Shown: positions 27,517-35,667 of the stretch, in pieces | Numbering within the stretch: the stretch's first letter is position 1 | How the letters are laid out: each line of letters begins with the position of its first letter | Assembly (NCBI GenBank): GCA_964580995.1 | Contig: CAZOMV010000007.1 | Span: 11,096-75,095, forward strand | Direction: 5' to 3' | Origin: an uncultured Pirellulales bacterium | Lineage (GTDB): Bacteria > Planctomycetota > Phycisphaerae > Sedimentisphaerales > SM23-30 | DNA: 64,000 nt | Notes under the pieces: generated by a model | Told to the model about the DNA's origin: nothing | The model's input: the letters and a program-made list of their open reading frames with translations, nothing else | Database searches by the model: none | Program-made: the position numbers and the translations under genes

Positions 27517-28736
27517 TACCAGTATTCATAGCTGTCATAGGTGACATAATAATCTGTGTAGTAATAGTCCGTGTAATAGGGATCGGTATAGTAGTAATCC
27601 GTGTAGTAATAGTCATCGTAGTATGAATCATAGTAGTCAACGTAGTAATAATCATCATAGTAATAATCAACATAGTAGTAGTCATCTGTGTAGTAATAGT
27701 AGTCATCATAGTAATAGTCATCGTAGTAATACTCATCCACATAGACCACTTCGGTGTAAACCGGCCAGTACCACACATCTTCCTCTATGATGTAAACGTC
27801 ATAGCTGGGCGGCGTATAGGCATCGAGGTAGATATGATCGATATCCCCATCGGTCTCAATGGTCGTATCCGAAATATTGTAAGCCCAAATAGTCCCGATC
27901 CCTGCCGGGCCGGCCAGAATATCACTCTCTTCGATCCAGTTCCAGACATCCAGCCAATCCAGGTAACCACCCGTCTCCACGATGGTTCCTGCCATACCGC
28001 CGTCCACATAAATCTCCCAAATCGCCAGTTGCGCGTAGATGTCCGAATCCAGCACATCCAGGCCGACCTCCAGCAGGTTCAGCTCTTCATTGGTGGCGAT
28101 GGTGGAATTTTCCAGATACCCGTCAATGGTTATGGTGCCGATGGTTTCGCTGGCATCAATCAGCGAATTGGCGGTCACATCGCCCCATACCTCCATCTTT
28201 TTCAATTCCCCGTCCACCAGCAGGCTCGCTTCCGTAACACTGCCTTCAATGGTTACTTTCTTCAAATCGCCGTTGACCACCAGGGCCGCATAGTCCAGGT
28301 TGCCCGCCAGCGTAAGATCCTTCAACCCGCTATTGATATACCATTCCACCTGGCTGCCGTCCAGATTCGCCGTGCTATACAGGCTGATCTTCTCGACCGA
28401 ATCCACCGTCAGATTCCCCAGATTACCATCGACCTTAATCTCTTTGAGGTCTTCCCCGGTCGCATCAATAACACCGATATCCACATAGCCGTCGCCCCCC
28501 GACTTCTTCGAGGCGGTAATCGTCAGCTTGCTCTTACTGCTGGTTCCCCAAACCGTAATCGTCTCGATCTGCTCACCATACCCGCTGTCGAACGTATCGA
28601 TGTCCATCTCCCCCCGCCCGGAAAGCTTCACCGTCACGCTATCCCCGTCGATATCGACACCTTTCCACAAACCGGACAGCAGACATCTCGGTTCCAGTGT
28701 TTCAACCTTCAGCATATGTGTTTTTTGAGCTTTCAT
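27513..28736 (-). CDS. Secreted repeat (beta-helix-like) protein with 'LEPRCLLS' N-terminus and 75-aa Tyr/Asp-rich C-terminal tail
   Basis: AGGAG lies 9 nt before ATG 28736. The N-terminus is MKAQKTHMLKVETLEPRCLLSG. The middle carries ~20-aa G[DN]L..[LV]T[VI]-type repeats. Of the last 75 residues, 40 are Tyr and 19 are Asp (my count). The stop overlaps the convergent stop of the GH172-like gene. Confidence 0.75.
   Translation of the reverse strand: MKAQKTHMLKVETLEPRCLLSGLWKGVDIDGDSVTVKLSGRGEMDIDTFDSGYGEQIETITVWGTSSKSKLTITASKKSGGDGYVDIGVIDATGEDLKEIKVDGNLGNLTVDSVEKISLYSTANLDGSQVEWYINSGLKDLTLAGNLDYAALVVNGDLKKVTIEGSVTEASLLVDGELKKMEVWGDVTANSLIDASETIGTITIDGYLENSTIATNEELNLLEVGLDVLDSDIYAQLAIWEIYVDGGMAGTIVETGGYLDWLDVWNWIEESDILAGPAGIGTIWAYNISDTTIETDGDIDHIYLDAYTPPSYDVYIIEEDVWYWPVYTEVVYVDEYYYDDYYYDDYYYYTDDYYYVDYYYDDYYYVDYYDSYYDDYYYTDYYYTDPYYTDYYYTDYYVTYDSYEYWY
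27516..27740 (-). repeat. Degenerate in-frame tandem repeat encoding (D/T/V)DYYY units
   Basis: On the plus strand this is a run of gtagtaata(g/a)tc-like units. It translates on the minus strand to VDEYYYDDYYYDDYYYYTDDYYYVDYYYDDYYYVDYYDSYYDDYYYTDYYYTDPYYTDYYYTDYYVTYDSYEYWY. Confidence 0.85.
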
Positions 28737-28840
28737 GGCCTTTGCTCCTTTCTTATTCTATCAGACCCGCCTTACCCCCGCCAGGTTAGAAAAATACCCC
28801 CCCACCAGCAAAATCCAGGATTTTCCTCTCCTCGCGCAAT

Positions 28841-28881
28841 AAAAAAGGGCATCGCCCTTACTGGTTGCGATGCCCTTTTAT
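28841..28881 (-). terminator. Rho-independent terminator downstream of the porin gene (hairpin flanked by A/T runs on both sides)
   Basis: GGGCATCGC (28847-28855) pairs with GCGATGCCC (28867-28875), giving a 9-bp stem and an 11-nt loop. The A6 run at 28841-28846 reads as a T-run on the minus strand. TTTTATTATTT follows on the plus strand. Confidence 0.75.
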
Positions 28882-28942
28882 TATTTGTCCCGGCGGTGCG
28901 GTGCCTCCTCATCCGAAGGAACCGCCGGACATACCATTCAAA

Positions 28943-30424
28943 TTAGAACTGGAACTGCAACTGCGTGCGCAGCAGGAGTAGGGAATTGTTCTGAATCCCA
29001 TGGAAGTTTTCGCTGCTGGCGACGATGGGCAGGTCATCAATATAGCTCAGATCCATACTGAGTTTAAGATCATTGCCCGAAAGATACCAGTTCCAGCCGC
29101 CGGCATACTCGTAGCTGTCATTGCTGCCGTCGGGATGCACACCGCCAACGCGGCTGGTCAATTCAAACGCCTTGGGCACGATGAAGTAACCGGACTGCGC
29201 GTGCCAGCCGTAATTGTCCAGGGCATCGCTCATGATACCTGTACGAACACCGTTGCCGAAATCAGCGGCATCAAATACTTCACCGCTGTCCACATCCACA
29301 TGTTGGTAGAAGCCTTCCAGATTGATAGCCAGGCCGCTATATTTTAAGGAGGCATCGGCGCCGATCATGTTGGTTTCGCCGCCCAGTTCGAAGACATCCG
29401 TTTTGCCATCCACGGCACTCTTGCCCAGGAACTTGTAGCTGTCGTTATTGCCGCCCAGGAAATGATCTTCACATTGATCATTGGCATAGGCATAGCTGGT
29501 TCCGATCATCGCTACCGGGTTTTCATGGAATTCGATGTCGGATTCGGCGTCGAAATCAGCACTCGAAGAACCCATCAGCGGGAACATCAAACGGCCGGCC
29601 ACACCGGGGCTGTTGTCCGTATCGCTGTACATGGCATCGTTGTTGTTCCGGAAACCATTGAAAACCGCTACGCGATATTCCGGTTTGACATCGCCCATAT
29701 CAAACATCCCAAAGCCTTCCACACCGGAGACCCGGTCAATGTTGAAGACCTTGTCTGCCAGGGAACGGCCCACCATCTGCAGTTTAGCGGTCGAACCGGG
29801 TTCCTGTTTGCCGAAGGGGCCTTTGAAACGCCCGGCCTTCACACCCAGTTCCGGCATAAAGGAATAGCTCAACTCATAGGTGTAGAGATACGCATCGCCC
29901 TGTTTGGTGTTATCACCCGAATCATCATCCATTTCCAGGGTGATGTTGTATTTGAGATCTTTGAGGACATGGCCCATTAACATCAAACGGGAGGTCTCTA
30001 CCTCGAAGCCCGAAGCGCTGGAATCGGCGCCATCGCCGCCCGCCGCCCGGGTACCGTCGGTATTGAGATTCCGGTTGCCGTCATCGGTGTACATATAGGT
30101 GTGACGGAACTGCAGCAAGGTATCAAATTCCAGTTTGAACTGATCGTCGCTGCTCTTGATAAAGAACCGTTTGTCATAACCGGCCGTTACCCCGGTATCC
30201 TGGGCCATACCATGCGGATCATTGGCCATCTCATTCATCAACTGTTTAACCAGCTCCGCATTCCGCTGCTCCACACTTTGATCGCTCTGCTGGGCCTCCA
30301 GCTCCGCGACCCGGTTTTGCAATGCCTGTATCTGCGCCTGCAGCTCGGCATCGCCGGCGGCCCACGCTGTCGAGCAGCCGATCAGCACGATTACCGCCAT
30401 AGCAAACTTCATACCATGTTTCAT
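28943..30424 (-). CDS. Outer-membrane porin (OprO/P-like beta-barrel) with N-terminal coiled coil
   Basis: Start is ATG 30424 (AAGGAAAAG upstream), followed by signal peptide MKHGMKFAMAVIVLIGCSTAWA. A coiled-coil segment ELQAQIQALQNRVAELEAQQ comes next. The rest is alternating beta-strand sequence ending ...LRTQLQFQF, with a terminal Phe. Confidence 0.75.
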   Translation of the reverse strand: MKHGMKFAMAVIVLIGCSTAWAAGDAELQAQIQALQNRVAELEAQQSDQSVEQRNAELVKQLMNEMANDPHGMAQDTGVTAGYDKRFFIKSSDDQFKLEFDTLLQFRHTYMYTDDGNRNLNTDGTRAAGGDGADSSASGFEVETSRLMLMGHVLKDLKYNITLEMDDDSGDNTKQGDAYLYTYELSYSFMPELGVKAGRFKGPFGKQEPGSTAKLQMVGRSLADKVFNIDRVSGVEGFGMFDMGDVKPEYRVAVFNGFRNNNDAMYSDTDNSPGVAGRLMFPLMGSSSADFDAESDIEFHENPVAMIGTSYAYANDQCEDHFLGGNNDSYKFLGKSAVDGKTDVFELGGETNMIGADASLKYSGLAINLEGFYQHVDVDSGEVFDAADFGNGVRTGIMSDALDNYGWHAQSGYFIVPKAFELTSRVGGVHPDGSNDSYEYAGGWNWYLSGNDLKLSMDLSYIDDLPIVASSENFHGIQNNSLLLLRTQLQFQF

Positions 30425-30866
30425 AATCTTTTCCTTTCGCTTAAAACAACAATAAAATTTCGCTACCTGTTCCACCGCAGAACAGTATCATTACAAAGAT
30501 TCTCCTATTTCAGGAATCAGGTCCGTCTTTTTCCTAATCGTCAAAATCGAAAAAACCACTTAAAATTATACAAATTTTATCTTCCTTCGCCGGAAATACA
30601 AAAACTCGTACCAATGCTGAGAAATGGCTTTTTTATACGCTCACCAAAATTTTTCGCGATTCGATAAATAATGCTAAAATTCCTGACGATCCGATCGGTT
30701 CCAGGTTGAACATCACGGTAAACCTTGATAACCTCTTAACGATTAGAAACATTAATAGTGCTTTAAAATTGTTTTGCAAGAAAAATTTATATTTTTATTA
30801 TAAATCAATCCAAACTCAAAAAAAGATAAATTCTTTTTCCACAGGATGTTATAAAACGGAGCCTCT

Positions 30867-31565
30867 ATGCTGCGGATGGTAATTTTTGATTTCGACGGAG
30901 TAATCGCCGACAGTGAACCGGCCCATTTTGAGATGCTCCGCCGGGTCCTCAAGCCCCACCAGATCGATTTATCCTGGGATTCCTACTGCCGAAAATATCT
31001 CGGCTATGACGACAACGAATGCGTCCAGCATATCCTGGAAGATCATGCCCAACCGGCGGCATCAGCACTGATAAAAGAGATCGTGGCCGAAAAACAGCGC
31101 CATTTCGCCGATTATATCCGGGAAAACTGCCTCATTTTACCCGGCGTCCCCGAACTACTGGCCGACCTGAAACAAAATCAGATCCTCTGTTCCATCCATT
31201 CCGGCGCCATTCGCACCGAAATTGAAACCATTCTCCACCAGGCTCGGCTCCGCGATTACTTCCGCCAAATCGTATCAACCGATGAGGTTACCCGCTCCAA
31301 ACCCGATCCCGAAGGCTATACCCTCTGCCTCAACAAGGTCAATCGTACTCTAGCGTCCGATAACCAAATCCTGCCCTGCCAGTGCCTGGCCATCGAGGAC
31401 AGCCTCTGGGGCATCCAGTCCGCCAAGGCCGCCGGCATGTTCTGCCTGGCCACCGAAACCAGCTACCCAGCCGCTCAACTGCCCCTGGCCGACAAAATCG
31501 TCAAAGACCTGACCGGCCTCCATACCGCCGACCTCCAGCAAATCCTCAACCACACCCCAAAGTAG
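30867..31565 (+). CDS. HAD-superfamily hydrolase (beta-phosphoglucomutase-like subfamily)
   Basis: Motif I is VIFDFDGVIADSE. Later blocks are ...SKPDPEGY... and LAIEDSLWGIQSAKAAG. GGAG lies 6 nt upstream of the ATG. Confidence 0.85.
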   Translation: MLRMVIFDFDGVIADSEPAHFEMLRRVLKPHQIDLSWDSYCRKYLGYDDNECVQHILEDHAQPAASALIKEIVAEKQRHFADYIRENCLILPGVPELLADLKQNQILCSIHSGAIRTEIETILHQARLRDYFRQIVSTDEVTRSKPDPEGYTLCLNKVNRTLASDNQILPCQCLAIEDSLWGIQSAKAAGMFCLATETSYPAAQLPLADKIVKDLTGLHTADLQQILNHTPK

Positions 31566-31571
31566 CGGCCG

Positions 31572-31925
31572 TTACATCCCGGCGTAGGTCTGGGCTTCCG
31601 CCAGACTGATACAGTTGTCATTGTTGCTGTCGCAGAGGGTCAGGGCGTCATTGTAGCAGGCGGATTCGGATAATTTGGTGCTGGTGTTGGTCGCCATGAT
31701 GAAGGGAATCACAACCACTTCGTGTTCCTGATCCTGGCTTTGGCAGGAGCAGAGACTGGCATGGTACTTATTATGGAACAACTGGGAGGCCTCGGCCGTT
31801 TCGAACTGTACCTGCCGTTTGGCCTCGTTTTTCCGGATTACCTTGTCGCCGGTGTACACGAACAGACAACCGGCTGACAAGCTGAACAGAAATGCAAACA
31901 TGGATACCACCATCGCTCGCCACAT
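31572..31925 (-). CDS. Small lipoprotein (hypothetical)
   Basis: Start is ATG 31925, with GGAGG 9 nt upstream. Signal and lipobox: MWRAMVVSMFAFLFSLSAGC. No family recognised. Confidence 0.55.
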   Translation of the reverse strand: MWRAMVVSMFAFLFSLSAGCLFVYTGDKVIRKNEAKRQVQFETAEASQLFHNKYHASLCSCQSQDQEHEVVVIPFIMATNTSTKLSESACYNDALTLCDSNNDNCISLAEAQTYAGM

Positions 31926-32433
31926 AATCGATACCTCCGTATTGTACCTGATTTTTGTAAAATTTCCCGTACATGGATCCACAATATATATAGATAGATG
32001 CAAAAAATAGAGAAAGGTTACAAAAAATCTTCTTTTTTCGTGTTTTTTTCAGTTTGACGGGTGCAGTTTTTCTTTTAGAAATTGTCCCGTAAAGCTTTGC
32101 GCCATCCGGCTGATTTCCTCCGGGCTGCCCGAAACGCCAGCTCCCCCATCCAGCCGCCTCCCCGTTTCCCTACCCCCGTCACCCTTTTTCACCCTTCCCG
32201 CCTGATCATTCCCCACCCTTTAGCCAGTACTGTAAGAAATGCAGGACATCCGCTCACCACGCTTTTGCCACTCCCGTGTCGCACTTATGAGTTGAATCCG
32301 CCGGTGTTTGATTCCTTTAATTCTTAAGAAAATGACAGACGGGCATGGAAATGATATATTTGGGACATTATTATAAACCGCGTGTGCAATTCCGGGAAAT
32401 ACCGGAATCGCACTCCCTACCCGGCTCGACCGG

Positions 32434-34701
32434 TTATGAACCACCAGGTTCCAACAGCCAGTACCGGGCCAGCTCGGAAAAGTCAAAGAGGTCCACGAGA
32501 CCGTCATGATTGAGGTCGCCGCCCTGGCAGAAGTTGTTGGATTCGTCGCAGGAAGTGTTGAGCCATTGGGCGGAGAAGTCGGTCAATTCCGGCAGATCGA
32601 TGGAACAGTCCGCGGTGAGGGGGTTGGAGTTAAGATCGCAATATATATATATCCCAGGATTATTCACCAAGATCAGGGGCAGCATAGTACAATAAAACTG
32701 TGTATTAAACTGATTATCTTCCAGATATAGCCACCCCAGATTAGTCAGATTTATGATTTCCGGTGGCAGGTTTATCAGATGGTTAGTGGATAAATATAGA
32801 TTAGACAAACTGGTCAGATTACAAATCTCTTGTGGTAGACTGGTCAGTCGGTTATTGGACAAGTATAGCATTTTCAAACTGGTCAAATTGCCAATTTCCG
32901 ACGTCAGGCTGGTTAATTGATTTCCTTCCAGATAGAGATATTGGATGTTGGACAGATTCGTAATCTCAGTCGGCAGGCTAGTCAGATGGTTATTATTCAA
33001 ATACAGTCTCGTCAGATTAATCAGATTACCGATCTCTGGCGGCAGACTGGCCAATCGGTTTTCACTCAGATACAATTCGGTCAGATTGGTCAGATTACAG
33101 ATTTCGGACGGTAGATTAGTCAGTTGATTACCATTTAAATACAGCCACATCAAACTGTTTAGATTGCCGATCTCTGGCGGCAGGCTGGTTAATTGGTTTG
33201 ATTCCAGAGACAGCCAAACCAAATTGGTCAGCATCCAAATTACTGCCGGCACATTGGTCAGCTGGTTATCGGACAGATTAAGCTGTACCAGATTACTCAG
33301 ATTACCAATCTCCTGAGGCAGGCTGGTTATTTGGTTAGACTCCAGAAACAGATTAGTCAGATTACTTAGATTGCCAATCTCTGGGGGTAAGCCGATCAGT
33401 TGATTATCTTGCAAATAGAGATATTGCAGATTAGTGAGATTGGTGATCTCTACCGGCAGGCTAACCAATTGGTTACTCCCCAATTCTAGCCTTGTCAAAC
33501 TAGACAGATTCCCAATTTCTGCAGGAAAGCTGGTAAAATGGTTAGAGTCCAAAGACAAATATGTCAGATTGGTCAGGCTACCTATCTCTGAAGGCAGACC
33601 AGTCAGTTGATTAGAGTATAAGGATAATCCCTTCAGACTTGTTAGATTTCCAATTGCCGGGGGCAGACTGGTCAGTTGGTTAGAGTATAGATACAAATAC
33701 GTCAGATGGGTTAGATTGCCGATCTCCGGCGGCAGGCTTGTTAGTTGGTTATCATATACAAGCAGATGTGTCAAGCTAGTCAAATTTCCGATCCCTGATG
33801 GCAGACTAGTCAGATGATTGTAGTATAGAGGCAGTTCGGTTAGATGAGTCAAATTACCGATTTCCGGTGGCAAGCTGGTTAACTGGTTACCATACAGAGA
33901 TAGTTTCGTCAGACGGATCAGATTACCGATTTCCGGCGGGAGGCTGGTCAATTGGTTCCATTCTAAATTCAATGAGGTCAGACGGATCAAATTTCCAAGT
34001 TCCGGTGGGAGGCTGATCAAATGGTTCATGCTCAAATCCAGCAATCTCAGATGTGTCAGATTCCCGATCGACGTCGGGAAGTTGGTTAGTCCGCTATGCC
34101 GCAAATATAAATTTGCCAGACTGGTCAGATTATCCATCTCAAGCGGGAGGCTAGTCAACTGGTTATAGCTCAGGAACAAAGATGTCAGACTGGTTAGGCC
34201 GGTAATTTCCGGTGGCAAGCTGGTCAGTTGGTTAGAACCCAGAGACAGATATGTAAGCTTTGTTAGATTTCCAATCTCCGGCGGCAGGCTGGTCAGTTGG
34301 TTCCAGCCCAGAGACAAGTTTGTCAGGCTAGTCAGAGTACCAAGCTCGGCTGGAAAGCTGGTCAGATGATTTTCACTCAGAGACAGGACCGTCAGACTGG
34401 TCAGATTCCCGATCTCGGGTGACAGACTGGTTAGCTGATTCCCGTGCAAATACAATGTCTTTAGATTGGCAGCATAGCCGAGGCCGGTAAGGTTGGTGAT
34501 ACCTTGATAACTTGCATCCAATTCATACAAATTGAGCATGTCGTCGGTATCGGGGTCGGTGATGCCCAGGGCCCGTTCGACGGCGGCTTTGAGATTGGGG
34601 TCGGGGAAATAGACCGGCTCGGCGGCAGGGGCGGGCCGGGCAGAAAACAGGAGAGTCAGGAAAACCGGAATCGATACCCAAATAAAGGTTTTTGCTTTCA
34701 T
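32434..34701 (-). CDS. Secreted leucine-rich-repeat protein (~25 x 23-aa LRR) with C-terminal dockerin-like Ca-binding motif
   Basis: Start is ATG 34701 (GGAGG 6 nt upstream), followed by a signal peptide. The repeat consensus is NQLTSLPPEIGNLT.LT.L.L. The C-terminus is GGDLNHDGLVDLFDFSELARYWL. Confidence 0.9.
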   Translation of the reverse strand: MKAKTFIWVSIPVFLTLLFSARPAPAAEPVYFPDPNLKAAVERALGITDPDTDDMLNLYELDASYQGITNLTGLGYAANLKTLYLHGNQLTSLSPEIGNLTSLTVLSLSENHLTSFPAELGTLTSLTNLSLGWNQLTSLPPEIGNLTKLTYLSLGSNQLTSLPPEITGLTSLTSLFLSYNQLTSLPLEMDNLTSLANLYLRHSGLTNFPTSIGNLTHLRLLDLSMNHLISLPPELGNLIRLTSLNLEWNQLTSLPPEIGNLIRLTKLSLYGNQLTSLPPEIGNLTHLTELPLYYNHLTSLPSGIGNLTSLTHLLVYDNQLTSLPPEIGNLTHLTYLYLYSNQLTSLPPAIGNLTSLKGLSLYSNQLTGLPSEIGSLTNLTYLSLDSNHFTSFPAEIGNLSSLTRLELGSNQLVSLPVEITNLTNLQYLYLQDNQLIGLPPEIGNLSNLTNLFLESNQITSLPQEIGNLSNLVQLNLSDNQLTNVPAVIWMLTNLVWLSLESNQLTSLPPEIGNLNSLMWLYLNGNQLTNLPSEICNLTNLTELYLSENRLASLPPEIGNLINLTRLYLNNNHLTSLPTEITNLSNIQYLYLEGNQLTSLTSEIGNLTSLKMLYLSNNRLTSLPQEICNLTSLSNLYLSTNHLINLPPEIINLTNLGWLYLEDNQFNTQFYCTMLPLILVNNPGIYIYCDLNSNPLTADCSIDLPELTDFSAQWLNTSCDESNNFCQGGDLNHDGLVDLFDFSELARYWLLEPGGS
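32712..34500 (-). repeat. 69-bp periodic coding repeat (LRR array)
   Basis: About 25-26 consecutive 23-codon units with conserved L/N positions. Unit boundaries are approximate. Confidence 0.85.
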
Positions 34702-34832
34702 TTTTGCCTCCAAACAGAAAGAATACTGCCAACCATAATTATGTCCTGTCAATAAACCTGGAACCAGCCAACGTTTTGCTTATATCACAGGGGCCAGAAA
34801 CGGGGTCGGACCTCTTCAATTTCTTCCTCATT

Positions 34833-35288
34833 TTATTTTCCGGGTAATTTTTTGGTGGATGGCGAGGGTAAATAATTTTCACTGGAGATGACGGATTTGC
34901 CGGTTTTTTGTTCCAGTTCGAGGCGGGCTTTTTTGGCGATGCCGCCGCCTTTTCTGCCGGCGACCTCGTTTTCAGGCAATCCCCGGGCCTCCATGCTTTC
35001 GGCGATCTGAATCAGCCGCAGGAGGGTTTCGACGTCGGCGGCATCGGTAAGGTACTTTTTCCCGTCCGCCGCTTCCATTTTCAGTCGGTGACAATTTGTC
35101 ACCGACTCACTGCCTTCTTTTTTCAACCGTTCTTTCAGTTTATTCCAATACTTTCTGGTAGTCTGGAAATCGGGCTGCTGGAGCAGGACCCGGATGATAT
35201 CCACCACGGAGAAGAACCAGGTTTCGGTTTTTTCGTCGTAATGGCGGCGAATCTGGTACCCTTCGAACAAAGCCAAGGAATGATTCAT
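34833..35288 (-). CDS. Bro-N domain protein (phage antirepressor / DinD-like), apparently short form
   Basis: Start is ATG 35288, with GAGAGGAA upstream. The sequence is FEGYQIRRHYDEKTETWFFSVVDIIRVL...YWNKLKERLKKEGSE...DGKKYLTDAADVETLLRLIQ. It ends with ...GGGIAKKARLELEQKTGKSVIS. Confidence 0.7.
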   Translation of the reverse strand: MNHSLALFEGYQIRRHYDEKTETWFFSVVDIIRVLLQQPDFQTTRKYWNKLKERLKKEGSESVTNCHRLKMEAADGKKYLTDAADVETLLRLIQIAESMEARGLPENEVAGRKGGGIAKKARLELEQKTGKSVISSENYLPSPSTKKLPGK

Positions 35289-35325
35289 GGTATTCCTCTC
35301 TAAACCAACCATTTAATCCAATATC

Positions 35326-35350
35326 AACCAGTTACAAATTGTAACCGGTT
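35326..35350. promoter_or_regulatory. 25-nt near-perfect palindrome, candidate operator
   Basis: AACCAGTTACA-AAT-TGTAACCGGTT has 11-nt arms with one mismatch and a perfect core GTTACA-N3-TGTAAC. It lies 38-62 nt upstream of the Bro-N ATG, in the divergent region shared with uvrA. Confidence 0.4.
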
Positions 35351-35667
35351 CACGTTTCACCTATCATGCTAAGCAGCTAGAAAAATCCCTGGTGGCATGA
35401 ATAGTTAGCCACCCGTTGGGGATAGGGTACGAGCTGGCGGGTGAAAAGTCAAAGAGAAAACCAGTTTTATGGCCACGGAATCAAACCCCAGGTTCCGTAA
35501 GAGCATGACTGGCATGAAGTTAGGGAGTTCCCACCCAACCGTTTTGCTTTTGGGCTTGTGGGGTTGGCTGGGATGGGGTACAATAACCGGAATGTATTGA
35601 CGGCAGTGAAAAGAAAGGGCTATCCGGGATAGGGCGGGGCGGATGGCAGGAAAGATACGCGGAAGGT

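Noticed and set aside
28755-28760. TGATAGAAT extended -10-like match upstream of the Tyr/Asp-tail gene
   Set aside because: It lies only ~5 nt from the Shine-Dalgarno sequence, so a transcript starting there would lack the RBS. I did not call it as a promoter.
32712-34500. Regular 69-bp periodicity that could be mistaken for a CRISPR or satellite array
   Set aside because: The periodicity is in frame within one long ORF and encodes canonical 23-aa leucine-rich repeats. There is no repeat/spacer alternation.
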